Below the pieces are notes generated by a model. The model made no database searches, had not been told where the DNA came from, and saw nothing but the letters and a program-made list of their open reading frames with translations. Of a stretch of DNA of 64,000 nt, positions 11,888 through 22,004 are shown in pieces. Position 1 is the stretch's first letter, and the number at the start of each line of letters is the position of its first letter. The translations under genes and the position numbers were made by a program. Source of the DNA: an uncultured Verrucomicrobiae bacterium (GTDB taxonomy: Bacteria > Verrucomicrobiota > Verrucomicrobiia > Chthoniobacterales > Chthoniobacteraceae); NCBI GenBank assembly GCA_963769025.1, contig CAVYKI010000002.1, positions 64,001 to 128,000 on the forward strand, written 5' to 3'.

Positions 11888-12346
11888 ATGAGCGAACCCA
11901 CTCCCCCGGCGTGTCAGTTGCGCGTCCATTCCGACCACACGGAAAAGGCCACGGCCTACGTGCGCAAGCAACGGCTGGAGATCGGCAGACCGCACACGTT
12001 CGATGAGAAATACGAGGCCATCACGGCGCTGGAGGCGTTCGCGGGTGCGCTGGCGGCCGACATCATCAACGGCCTGCACCTGCGGGCGCGGCAGCGCAGG
12101 ATCGCGATTGAGCGCATCGAGGGCGTGGTGAAAGTCTGGCTCAGGAACGCGCTGACGTTTCTCGCCGTGGTCGGCGAAGAGGGCGATCCTTCGATTGAGA
12201 CGGTGACGGTGCAGCTCTATGTCAGCTCGCCGGAAACCGAGGAACTCGTGCGGTCGTTATTGGATGAAACGCTCAGGCGTTCACCGCTCCACCTGACGCT
12301 CTGCAAGGCGGCGAAGGTGACCGTAAACTTTCAAGTGACCATCTGA
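11888..12346 (+). CDS. OsmC-like protein lacking the catalytic cysteines
   Basis: OsmC-like pattern (ALEAFAGALAADI...RRIAIERIEG.V...RRSPLHLTL). The usual Cys positions are D and S. Confidence 0.65.
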   Translation: MSEPTPPACQLRVHSDHTEKATAYVRKQRLEIGRPHTFDEKYEAITALEAFAGALAADIINGLHLRARQRRIAIERIEGVVKVWLRNALTFLAVVGEEGDPSIETVTVQLYVSSPETEELVRSLLDETLRRSPLHLTLCKAAKVTVNFQVTI

Positions 12347-12396
12347 CGCGACGGCGAATATTCCCCATCCCCTGAACTCCATGAAACCCCAGCACC

Positions 12397-13557
12397 ATGT
12401 ACCGACTCACTGTTGAACAATCCGCCCTCGTCGCGCGGTCGCGCGACATCGCGGAGAACCAAGTTGCCCCGCACGCGGCCCGTGTGGATGAAACCTCAAC
12501 CTTCCCCGGCGAATCCGTGCAGGCACTCGCGAAGGCCGGCTTTCTCGGCCTGACGATTCCGCAGGAACATGGAGGCTTGGGACAGGGACCGCGCGTGGTG
12601 TGCGCGGTCGTGGAGGAGATCGCGCGGCGGTGCAGTTCCACGGCGATGATTTACATAATGCATCTCGCAGGCGTCGCCTGCTACCTCGCGGCACCGAGGA
12701 AACCGGAGGCGGCGCTCCGCGATGCGGCGGCAGGACGGCATCTCAGCACGCTGGCTTTCAGCGAAAAGGGTTCCCGCAGTCATTTCTGGGCGCCGGTGAG
12801 CAAGGCGTCGCGCCCGGCGCAAAACGGGTCGGTGAATGTCTCCGCGGAGAAGTCATGGGTCACTTCCGCCGGTCACGCGGACGCGATGGCGGTCTCGACG
12901 CGATGGGATCGCGGCACGGAGCCGATGCAGTCGATGATCTATCTCGTGATGCGGGACGATCCCGGCGTCAGCGTCAGCGGCACTTGGAATGCGCTCGGCA
13001 TGCGGGGCAATCAAAGCGCGCCGGTGCGGCTTGAAGATGTGGCGCTGGATGAACCGAGTCGTGCGCTGTGCGAGCCGGGCAAGGGATTTGAAATGATGCT
13101 CGGCGTGGTGCTGCCGCTCTTTCACGTGTGCCAGGCAGCCATCGCACTCGGCATCTGCGAAGCGGCAATCTCCGCCACGCAGGCGCATCTCACCGGCGCG
13201 AAGCTGGAGCATCTCGATTCGCGCTTGTGCGACCTGCCGAATCTCCGCGCGCAACTGGCGCGGATGCGACTGATGACCGATCGCGCGCGGGCGCACCTGG
13301 TCTGCACGCTCGACGCGATGGAAAGCGGCCGCGCAGACGCGCAGGTGCTCGTGCTGGAGATCAAGGCGTCGGCCAGCGAGACCGCGGTGGATGTCACCGA
13401 TCTCGCGATGCGCTGCTGCGGAGGCGCGGCGTTCAGCAAGCATCTCGGAATCGAGCGTGTCTTCCGCGATGCGCGTGCGGCCGTCGTGATGGCCCCCACC
13501 ACCGATCATGCGCACGAATTTCTCGGGCGCGCGCTCTGCGGCATGGAGCTCTTCTAA
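12397..13557 (+). CDS. Acyl-CoA dehydrogenase family flavoprotein
   Basis: GFLGLTIPQEHGGLG, LAFSEKGSRS, KSWVTSA, LGMRGNQS, GGAAFSKHLGIERVFRDARA. Confidence 0.9.
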   Translation: MYRLTVEQSALVARSRDIAENQVAPHAARVDETSTFPGESVQALAKAGFLGLTIPQEHGGLGQGPRVVCAVVEEIARRCSSTAMIYIMHLAGVACYLAAPRKPEAALRDAAAGRHLSTLAFSEKGSRSHFWAPVSKASRPAQNGSVNVSAEKSWVTSAGHADAMAVSTRWDRGTEPMQSMIYLVMRDDPGVSVSGTWNALGMRGNQSAPVRLEDVALDEPSRALCEPGKGFEMMLGVVLPLFHVCQAAIALGICEAAISATQAHLTGAKLEHLDSRLCDLPNLRAQLARMRLMTDRARAHLVCTLDAMESGRADAQVLVLEIKASASETAVDVTDLAMRCCGGAAFSKHLGIERVFRDARAAVVMAPTTDHAHEFLGRALCGMELF

Positions 13558-13569
13558 CATCACACCTCG

Positions 13570-14391
13570 ATGAATATACCCAAGCCCATCATCGTCGGCG
13601 CGGTCCTCTACGATCCGAAGGTCTCGGTCATCTGGGACATCATCCGCGATTTCTTCGAGGCGAGCGGCTGCCCGATGGATGTCGTCTTCTACACGAACTA
13701 CGAATTGCAGGTGAAGGCGCTGCTCGACGGCCATCTCGACATCGCGTGGAATTCCCCGCTCGCGTGGCTCGATGCCCAGCGGCAATCCGGCAACCGCTGC
13801 CGTGCGATTGCCATGCGCGACACGGATCGGGATCGCGTGTCGCATTTTGTCGTGCGCACCGATGGCGACGTCCGCGAACTGGCTGACCTCCGCGGCAGGA
13901 CGATCGCCTGTGGTGCGAAGGACTCACCGCAGGCGACATTGATCCCTCTTGGCTTGTTGCAGCGCGAAGGCATGGAGCCGGGACGCGATTTCATCGTGCG
14001 CCGCTTCGATGTGCTCGTCGGCAAACACGGCGACCATATCGGCGGCGAGGGCGACGCTTTTCAATGTCTCGCCAGCGGCGAAGCGGCGGCGTGCGCGATG
14101 CTGGATCTGAATTGGGACGCTTGGACGAGGGACGGTCGCATCGACAGCCAGCGGTTCCGCATTCTCGCCACGACGGATCGTTTCGATCACTGCGTCTTCG
14201 CGGTGCGCGAAGACTTCGATGCCGGTGCCGAGCAGCGCTGGCTGAAAGTGCTGTTCTCAATGGACTACGAGAATCCGAAGCATCGCGAGATGATGGACAT
14301 GGAAGGTCTCAAGGAGTGGCTGCCGGGGCGCACGAGCGGATTCGGTCCGCTCGGCGAAGCGGTGGAGCGGCAGCACTTTTTCTCCGCGTGA
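13570..14391 (+). CDS. PhnD/SsuA-type binding-fold protein without signal peptide
   Basis: YELQVKALLDGHLDIAWNSPLAW, LADLRGRTIACGAKDSPQATLIP; no hydrophobic leader. Confidence 0.75.
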   Translation: MNIPKPIIVGAVLYDPKVSVIWDIIRDFFEASGCPMDVVFYTNYELQVKALLDGHLDIAWNSPLAWLDAQRQSGNRCRAIAMRDTDRDRVSHFVVRTDGDVRELADLRGRTIACGAKDSPQATLIPLGLLQREGMEPGRDFIVRRFDVLVGKHGDHIGGEGDAFQCLASGEAAACAMLDLNWDAWTRDGRIDSQRFRILATTDRFDHCVFAVREDFDAGAEQRWLKVLFSMDYENPKHREMMDMEGLKEWLPGRTSGFGPLGEAVERQHFFSA

Positions 14392-15536
14392 ACGCGCTCC
14401 CGCTGTTTCCCGTCACCACGGTCGGGAGCTGGCCGCGCCCAGCGGAATTGCTGCGCGCGCAAAAGCTTTGTCGCGAGGGCCGCATGGCGAATGAGGAATT
14501 TCAGCGGCTCGCGGACGACGCGGTGCGCCACGCCGTGCAGCGGCAGGAGGAAGCGGGCGCGGACATCGTCACCGATGGCGAGCAGCGCCGGGATAATTTC
14601 GTCTCCTTCGTCGCGACGCGGTTAGACGGCACGCGGCTCATGACGCTCCTCGAAATGCTCGACATCATCGAGGACAAGGCGGGCTTTGAACGGCTGCTGC
14701 AGACGCTCGACGTGCCCGCATATTCCATCAGCAACGCCACATGCACCGGACGCGTCTCGCGCCGGCAATCGCTCGCCGCGGACGACGCGCGATTTTTACA
14801 AAGCGTGACGCGGAAGCCGATCAAAGTCGCGCTGCCCGGTCCCTACATCCTCACGCGCTCGATGTGGGTGAGGGAGGCCAGCGGCGCTGCCTATGCGAGC
14901 AAGGAGGAGCTCGGCGCGGATGTCGTGCGGGTGCTGCGCGAGGAGATTGCGGAACTTTTGCAAATGGGCGTGGACTTCATCCAGTTCGACGAGCCGGTGC
15001 TCACCGAACTGGTCTTCACGCAGGGACAGACGCGCACCTTCATGTGTGCCGCGCTCTCGTCGCGCAAGGATCCGGCGGCGGAACTCGACTTCGCCGTGCA
15101 ACTGCTGCGCCGTGTGGTCGAAGGTTTCAGCGGCACGCGGTTCGGGCTGCATGTGTGCCGCGGCAACTGGAGCCGCGACGAGTCCACGCTCTTGCGCGGC
15201 AGCTACGATGCGCTTGCGGCGACGCTGAACAAGATGCCCGTCCAGCAGCTGGTGCTCGAATATTCCACCGACCGCGCGGGCGATCTGATGCGGTTCGATG
15301 CGCCGGAACTCGGTCTCGGTGTGGCCAACCCGCGCTCGGATGAGATCGAGTGCTCCGACGAGATCGCGCGTCGCGTCGAGCGTGCGCTGAAGTTCTATCC
15401 GGCCGAGGCGATTTTTCTCAATCCGGACTGCGGCTTCTGCACGTTCGCAAACCGTCCCGTGGCGCACGATGACGTGGCAACGGCCAAGCTCAGCGCGATC
15501 GCGGAGGCCGCGCGAAAGCTGAGGGGAGAGCGTTGA
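14388..15536 (+). CDS. Cobalamin-independent methionine synthase II (MetE C-terminal-like) family protein
   Basis: GTG at 14388 overlaps the upstream stop (GTGA). Motifs TTVGSWPRP, DIVTDGEQRR, IQFDEP; Zn ligands HVCRGN, LEY, NPDCGF. Confidence 0.88.
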   Translation: MNALPLFPVTTVGSWPRPAELLRAQKLCREGRMANEEFQRLADDAVRHAVQRQEEAGADIVTDGEQRRDNFVSFVATRLDGTRLMTLLEMLDIIEDKAGFERLLQTLDVPAYSISNATCTGRVSRRQSLAADDARFLQSVTRKPIKVALPGPYILTRSMWVREASGAAYASKEELGADVVRVLREEIAELLQMGVDFIQFDEPVLTELVFTQGQTRTFMCAALSSRKDPAAELDFAVQLLRRVVEGFSGTRFGLHVCRGNWSRDESTLLRGSYDALAATLNKMPVQQLVLEYSTDRAGDLMRFDAPELGLGVANPRSDEIECSDEIARRVERALKFYPAEAIFLNPDCGFCTFANRPVAHDDVATAKLSAIAEAARKLRGER

Positions 15537-15638
15537 CGGGCGCGGCGGTCGCCGTCGAAAGCGGGAAACAATCTCAGGCAGGGCGTGTTTATTCCGTCAT
15601 ACAAAACGCCCGTGCACGCCACTAATCCCTAACGAGAC

Positions 15639-17235
15639 ATGAAATCACGCTTCTCCCGCTTCGCATTGCTTTCCCTTTCCGCACTACTCCTGCTCGGCCC
15701 TGTTGCGGGGCTTCGTTCGGCTTCTCCCGTGGAATCACCCGAGGCTCTGCGTCAGGAAATCGCCGCGATCCAGCCGCCAAAGCTCGTGTGGCGCGAGATC
15801 GACTGGAACTACTGCCTGCTCGACGGCATCGCGAAGGCGCGTGCGCAGAAGAAACCCATCCTGCTCTGGGCCTTCATCAATTCCGACCCTGCGGAAGAAC
15901 GCTGTTGAGTCTTCGCCGGTGCCGCCCGTGAGGCGGTCTTCTCCAACTCCGAAGTGATCCGCCGTGTACAAGACGGCTTCATCCCCGTCTCCGTCGCCGC
16001 TGGGCACATGACGCGCCCGGCTCCGGAACTCGAGAGGCAGCTCCTGAACGCGATCGGGAAATCCGGGCCCGCGCCGCAGGGCATCGCCGTGCTCAATTCC
16101 GACGGCCAAGTGCTCGACTGGGTGCTGACCTTCCGCGACGACCCCGCGGTGCTCGAAGTTTCTCGATCACGCGAACAAGCAATTCAGCGAGCATCCGGAT
16201 CGCAGCAAGCCGTTCCAGACCGAGCGGTATCAGCAGTTCCCCGAGCGGACGCGTGAGCCGATGGCGGCGCATGATCTCGTCGTCCCTGCCGGGGCAAAAC
16301 ACGGCCCGGACGATCGCTGCCCCGCCGATTCCGTCTATTCGGCGGGGACTGTGATTGCGAAGGTCGTAGGACGTCGCATCAACCCTGACGGAACGGTGAT
16401 GACGGGAGCCGTCAACCAGGAGGACTACGCGCAGGATCGTTTCATCATCGACCCCGCCCAGCAGGAGGAACTTGCCGACGCGCTCGCGAAGGCGAATGGC
16501 AAGCGCGCCATCGTGCCGAATGCAATCGCCACCGCGTGGACCACCTACGCCTACATGGGAATGCTCGATGTGCGTCCCGTGAAAAATCCCGCCGGGCTCA
16601 AGACGGAGCGCAGCGAGATCGAATTTTGGGCGGAGCCCGATGCGAAAAATCCCGGCTGGATTCGCATCGGCGGCCGCACCGATGTGCTCGTCGGCGACCC
16701 GGACAAGGGAGCGAGCCGCGCGAAGATGGGTAACAGCGTCAAGCTCGAGTGGACCGGCTTTGCGAAGCTCGAAAACCGTCGCATCACCAACCTGCTCCTC
16801 ACTGCGGATGGCGAGGAATCGCTGCGCTGGGGCACGACTGCGCCGATGGGGCAGTCCCAGCCGCAAGTCGGCAACCGCCCGCCAGAGGTCGCCGCCCTGC
16901 TCGGCGGACGCCCCATCCTGTGGAGCGGTCGCGTGCGTTACGGCATCATTGGCGAGCCTGCGAAGGCGGAGCAAATTTCCGCCACGGCCGTATCGTCGGC
17001 CAGCGGCGCGGGGGCCGGCGGGCAGGCTGCCATCCGAGACAAGATGCCGCGGCTCATGCAGCTCATGCAACGCGGCGGCGGGGCAGCGAGGGAGACCATC
17101 GGACCGATGATGCAGGAGTTTCAGAAACTGATGCGCGAACAGAAATTCGACGAAGCCTCGAAGCACCTGGACAAACTCCTCTCGCAACTCGATGCCGCCG
17201 CGGAAGCGCCTGCGAAGGAACCGGGGCCCCGTTGA
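15639..17235 (+). CDS. Predicted secreted selenoprotein, thioredoxin fold with vicinal Cys-Sec (SelN-like); Sec UGA at 15906..15908; one probable indel near 16157
   Basis: Signal peptide, then W...IAKARAQKKPILLW...EERC-TGA-VFAGAAREAVFSNSEVIRRVQDGFIPVSV, in frame with ORF 15954. A +1 shift near 16157 joins ORF 16261..17235 (FLDHANKQF...REPMAAHD). Hairpin follows the UGA. Confidence 0.78.
15921..15937 (+). promoter_or_regulatory. Candidate bacterial SECIS
   Basis: GCCGCC-CGUGA-GGCGGU, 6-bp stem with GU in the loop, starting 12 nt after the UGA. Confidence 0.6.
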
Positions 17236-17321
17236 ATCGCGAAGGGGATATGCTCCGTGTCCATCGCGCTGACGAAGTTTCCTGTGCGCCGACGCTGTAT
17301 GTGCATCCCACCACTGCCAGC

Positions 17322-18524
17322 TCATTTCGATCCGTCGCCCGGCGGGCGGGTGAGTGATTCATCGAGCGGCGCGCCCGTGAGTGTCCGGAGGAATGCCTCC
17401 AGGTCCGCCTTTTCCTCCTCGGTGAAATGCCCCGTCTGGAGCGTTTCCTCGCGATGCCCGAAGACCGGCAGGCCCGGCAGGTCCGAGTAAAAATCGAGCA
17501 CATCGCGCAGCGTGGCGAAGCGGCCGTCGTGCATGTAGGGCGCGGTCTGTGCGACATTGCGCAGCGTGGGGGTCTTGAATTCGCCGAGATGGTTCGGCTT
17601 CACGACGAGGTAGCGGAGCTTGATGTTGGTCTCCGGGCTCCGGTCGTCGCTGAGCGTTCCGAGGCCGTTGAAGCGGTCATCGCGGACTTCGAGGATTCCT
17701 TCGAACCGTCCCTGATCGAATGCGGCAGGGAGACCGATGTTGTGGAATTCGCCGTCGGAAAAATTCGGCCCGGAATGGCACAGTACGCATCGACCGCGGC
17801 CGGTGAAGAGCGTGAGGCCACGTAGCGCCGCTTCGCTGATCCGCGCGGATGAGTCCGGCGCTTTCCCTTGCCGCAGTGCAGCGACGAACCGATCGAACAC
17901 CGAGCCCGTACTGATGATGCGGCGCTGATAGGCCTCGATCGCCTTGCCGAAGTTGGAGAGCAAACGATCCGCTGCGGGAGTGCGGGCTTTTGCATCCGCG
18001 GGCAGCGGGCCGAAGATCGCCTCGTATCCGGATTTCAACGCGCCGTCGCCGGAGAGGACTGCGAGAAGGTGTTCCGGCGAGGAGCCCATTTCCGCAGGGT
18101 GGAGCAGCGGATGCACGGCCTGCGCCCAGAGGGAATCCGCGCGCCCGTTCCAGAAAAACCAGCGCTGATGCGCGACGTTCCAGAGCGGCATCGCGTGGCG
18201 TTCGGTCACTCCAAGTCCGACGGAGAGCGGCTTCGGATCGGCGAAGCCGTGCGCGGGATTGTGGCAGGTGGCGCAGGAGATTTTGCCGTTCGCCGAGACG
18301 CGCGGGTCGAAGAAGAGGCGTTGGCCCAGCAGCGCCGCGGCGGGGTTGTCGGCGACGGCGTTGGTCGGGCTCGGAGGAGTGGCGGGCAGCGGTGAGAGCT
18401 TGAGGATCTCGCGCATCGCACCGGCGCTGAACTGCACGGGGACAACCTCCGGCTTCCGGTCGCATCCCGCACCGGAAGACACCGCCAGCCCGATGGCGAC
18501 GATTGCCAGGCTGCGCCCGGTCAT
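17322..18524 (-). CDS. Di-heme cytochrome c peroxidase / MauG family lipoprotein
   Basis: Two heme motifs (CATCH, CVLCH); LGQRLFFDPR, FKTPTLRNVAQTAPYMHDG. ATG at 18524 overlaps the upstream TGA; lipobox-like GAGC. Confidence 0.9.
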   Translation of the reverse strand: MTGRSLAIVAIGLAVSSGAGCDRKPEVVPVQFSAGAMREILKLSPLPATPPSPTNAVADNPAAALLGQRLFFDPRVSANGKISCATCHNPAHGFADPKPLSVGLGVTERHAMPLWNVAHQRWFFWNGRADSLWAQAVHPLLHPAEMGSSPEHLLAVLSGDGALKSGYEAIFGPLPADAKARTPAADRLLSNFGKAIEAYQRRIISTGSVFDRFVAALRQGKAPDSSARISEAALRGLTLFTGRGRCVLCHSGPNFSDGEFHNIGLPAAFDQGRFEGILEVRDDRFNGLGTLSDDRSPETNIKLRYLVVKPNHLGEFKTPTLRNVAQTAPYMHDGRFATLRDVLDFYSDLPGLPVFGHREETLQTGHFTEEEKADLEAFLRTLTGAPLDESLTRPPGDGSK

Positions 18525-18982
18525 TCGATCGAGACCGGAAAGAACGCCCGCTCCTTTGTGGTTCCCGCTGAAACCTCGACCATAATCGACCACTCGCCTG
18601 CCATGTGGAAGAGCATGCCGTTTGCGCGGTAGCGGTTTCCTCCCTCGTGGATGGTTTCCGGTTTGGTGTTCATCCCGTGGCCGTGGCTCGGCATGTCGGC
18701 GTCCACCGCGACGCTGTTCGGAGCGCCTGCACCGGCGCCCGCTTCGAGGACGACGCCGATCGAAAAATGTTTGTTCGTCGTGATGCCGCCGCCCTCGGGC
18801 TGGATCGTCACGGTGAAATTCCCGCCGTCAGTCTTGCGCTTGGCAGGCCAGATCGCGGGAGCGTTGGGAGCGCCCGGCGGTGGGAGTTGTGCCGTTTCGG
18901 AGGTTTTCTTGCAGCCTGCGCCAGTCGCTGCAATCAGGATGCTGAGGAAAGCCGGAAGGCAGGCGCGAAAGGTGGTTCTCAC
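18521..18982 (-). CDS. YtkA/FixH-like lipoprotein
   Basis: Lipobox GAGC; DADMPSHGHGMNTKP and GMLFHMAGEW motifs. Confidence 0.75.
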   Translation of the reverse strand: MRTTFRACLPAFLSILIAATGAGCKKTSETAQLPPPGAPNAPAIWPAKRKTDGGNFTVTIQPEGGGITTNKHFSIGVVLEAGAGAGAPNSVAVDADMPSHGHGMNTKPETIHEGGNRYRANGMLFHMAGEWSIMVEVSAGTTKERAFFPVSIE

Positions 18983-19045
18983 GGTGTTGGAGAGGGACTG
19001 TTCGCAGGTATTGCCCGATGTCCAGACTCAGTGTTCCTCAGCAAT

Positions 19046-20573
19046 TCAGGATTTCTTGCCGGGGACTTTGCGCTGCGTGCGCTTCGCCCATTCCTCGTAG
19101 GCGGTCTTCAAGGTGCTGACCATTTCCGGATGCGCGGCTGCCACGTCCTTCATCTCGGTGCGATCACTTCCGAGATCGAAAAGATGCCATTCCTTCGCGC
19201 GGTTCAGCTTGTCCCACACCAGCTTCCAGTTTCCGCGACGGATGGCTGCGTTGCCGGACCATTCCCAGCATAGATCGCCCTCGCGTTCCGCAGCAGCGGT
19301 CCCGCGCAGCAGCGGCATCAGCGTGCGTCCTTCGAGCGGACGCGCGGTCTTTCCTTCGACCTTCAATTCGCCCTTCGCCCCGGCGAGTTCCAGGCACGTC
19401 GGCATTACATCGAGAATGTGCGCGACCACATCGCAGCGGCTGCCGGGGGCGATCTTGCCGGGCCAGCGCGCGATCATCGGCGTGCGAGATGCCGCCCTCG
19501 TTCACCCAGCTCTTGTAGCGGCGGAACGGCGTGTTCTGCGCCCAGCCCCACGACGGTCCGACGGCGGTGTAGGTGCTCGCAATTCCCGGCTGCTGCGACG
19601 GATCGCGCCCGCCGGGTTCCTCGGTGCAGCCGCCGTTGTCGGAGAAAAAGAGAATCAGCGTGTTGTCCGCCACGCCCGCTTCATCGAGCGCCTTCAGCAG
19701 CCGGCCGATGTTCTGGTCCATGCGATCCACCATCGCCGCATACGTCGCCATGCGCAGGTCCTCCCATTCCTGGTTCGCACCGCCCCACGCGTACGCCTGC
19801 GAATCCGTCTCCGAGAGCGCGGGCTGCGCGCTGAACAGATGCAAGTCCTGCTGCCGCTGGTAACGCTGCTTCCGCATTTCCTCCCAGCCCATGCGATACT
19901 TGCCGCGATACTTCGCGATGTCCTCCGGCGGCGCGTGCAGCGGATAGTGCGGGGCGGTGTAGGCGAGATGGAGAAAGAACGGCGTCTTCGCCTGCGCGGA
20001 ATCCTTCACCGCACTGATGGCGCGATCCGTGAACGCGTCGGTCGTGTAGAACCCCTCGGGGAATTCCGTGATCAGCCGGTCGTCCTCGCCGAAGACGCGC
20101 ACCTTGTTTCCCTTCGCTTCCGGGTCCGGTTGCGCGGGGTTGAAGAAATTGCAGCAGCCATCCATCAGCCCGTAGTAGAAATCGAAACCGCGATCGTGCG
20201 GGCGCTGCGGCGCCTTCGATCCGAGATGCCACTTGCCGCACAGCGCCGTCCGGTAGCCCTGCGCCCTCATCGCCTCGCCGATGGTCGGCATGTCCAGCGG
20301 GATGGACGATCCATTCCCGCGCGGATACATGCCGGAGAGCAGCGCCGCGCGCGTCGTCGTGCATTTGGCGTTGTTGTAGAATTGCGTGAACCGCATCCCT
20401 TCCTTCGCCATTCGGTCGAGATTCGGCGTGTGGATTTCGCCGCCGTAGCAGCCGATGTCGGAGAAGCCCATGTCATCCGCCATGATGACGATGACATTCG
20501 GCCTCGCCGCATCCGCGAGCGCAGGCAGCGCGCTGAGACCCAGCGCGAGGACGGTCAGGAAGTTGGTGATCAT
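19046..20573 (-). CDS. Arylsulfatase (frameshift near 19490)
   Basis: Signal peptide, RPNVIVIMADDMGFSDIGCYG, CTTTRAALLSG, GKWHLG, FFSDNG. The C-terminus (ARWPGKI, AIRRGNWKLV) is in ORF 19046..19477. Confidence 0.9.
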
Positions 20574-20663
20574 GGGGGTGATGTTAGTACCTCCCTGCAA
20601 AAGGACGAATACGTTTTCGGCGATGTTTCCGCATGGCCGTGTTGAAACTATCGCGAGCAGGGG

Positions 20664-20727
20664 TCACGCAAAGGCGCGAAGGCGCGAAGAGTCCGGCATT
20701 CCTTTGCGCCTTCGCGCCTTTGCGTGA
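20664..20727. repeat. Long intergenic inverted repeat (REP-like palindrome)
   Basis: TCACGCAAAGGCGCGAAGGCGCGAAG ... CTTTGCGCCTTCGCGCCTTTGCGTGA: 26-nt arms with one G-T position and an internal tandem AAGGCGCG unit. Confidence 0.8.
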
Positions 20728-20802
20728 TCCAAAAACTGCAACCCGGAGCGAAGCTCGGCATCATTTTGAGAAAGGAAAAAACCTTCTTCAGTCCGTCCGG
20801 TC

Positions 20803-21885
20803 CTACTTTTTGGCCTGGAGCTTTTGGATGAGGAACTCGCGCAGTCCGCCCTCGCCGTCCTGCGTCACCGTGCATTCCAAGCCGAACTTGGTCATCGCTT
20901 CCTTGAGCTTCTGCCCGAGCCGGATGTGATGCACCCACACGCCTGCATTCGTGGAGGCATCCACGGGCACATCGCCTTTGCCATAGACCATGAAGACCGG
21001 CACGTCGTCCGCCGTGAGATGAGTGATCGGCGAGGCGTCGTGCATCAGCTTCAGCACGCGCTCGGACTTCCAGTCCTCGGGCGATTTCACGGCGTAGAAA
21101 TCCGTGAGCGCCGGGTGCGGTTCGAGATTCGGCACGCCGAACCATTCGCTGAACGTCCGCATGTCGTAGGTGGACTGCCCGTTCGTCGTGCCCGCCGCGA
21201 CGAGGCGCGTGGACTGCCGCGCCATGGGATCGCTCGCATCCGGCTTCGCGAGGTCGTCGTGAAACGCGAGCCACAGCGAGATGCCCGCGCCCGCCGAGCC
21301 GCCGTAGCTCGCGACGCGCGTCGCATCGAGGTTCCACTCGCCGGCCTTGCTGCGGATCGTTTGCAGCGCGCGTGCGCAGTCCATCATTGCGATGGGATAC
21401 GGATTCTTGCCGCCCTGCGTGAGCCGGTAATTGAGCGAGGCAAATGAGATGCCCGCATCGAGGAACGGCTGCGCCGCCGACGCGGAAATATTCTTGTCGC
21501 CGCCGCGAAAACCGCCGCCATGGATGTGCAGGCACAAGGGCGTCGGCATGCCGTCCTTCGACTTGGCGAGCCAGATGTCGAAGACCTGCTGCGGGTCATC
21601 GCCGTAGGCGAAGTTCGCGTGCGTGGGCGCGAGTCTTCCGGCGTTGCCGCGCTTCGGCGCATCCGTCCGCTCGGGCCGTTTGCCATCCTGCTTCTGGCGA
21701 AATTCGCGCGCCTCCTCTGCCGTGAGTTTTCCATCCTTGTTCGCGTCGCTCCCGGGAAAGCGCTTGAGGAGCATCTCAAGCCGCTCTGCGCCCGGCTCGC
21801 GCGTGCGCCTTTCCTGCGCGGCGCCCCAGTCGGCGGAGAGAAGGGTGAGTGAAATGGCGAATGCAATTCGGGCGGGAGTCTTCAT
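20803..21885 (-). CDS. Secreted alpha/beta hydrolase (HSL-like esterase) with N-terminal EF-hand-like motif
   Basis: Signal peptide, DANKDGKLTAEE, HIHGGGF, NYRL, GGSAG nucleophile elbow. Confidence 0.88.
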   Translation of the reverse strand: MKTPARIAFAISLTLLSADWGAAQERRTREPGAERLEMLLKRFPGSDANKDGKLTAEEAREFRQKQDGKRPERTDAPKRGNAGRLAPTHANFAYGDDPQQVFDIWLAKSKDGMPTPLCLHIHGGGFRGGDKNISASAAQPFLDAGISFASLNYRLTQGGKNPYPIAMMDCARALQTIRSKAGEWNLDATRVASYGGSAGAGISLWLAFHDDLAKPDASDPMARQSTRLVAAGTTNGQSTYDMRTFSEWFGVPNLEPHPALTDFYAVKSPEDWKSERVLKLMHDASPITHLTADDVPVFMVYGKGDVPVDASTNAGVWVHHIRLGQKLKEAMTKFGLECTVTQDGEGGLREFLIQKLQAKK

Positions 21886-22004
21886 GGAGTGGAGGTCTGG
21901 AGGGTGTTATTGAAAAGCACCGGGGCGAGATTACGAAACCCCCTGGCGGGTCAAACGTCGCAACCATTTTGCGAAGCGAATGGCATGCGGCGAAAACAGC
22001 GACG

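Noticed and set aside
20340..20370. Sulfatase signature CTTTR instead of CxPxR
   Set aside because: The catalytic Cys and Arg are retained and variation at the middle position occurs in sulfatases; not enough to call novel.
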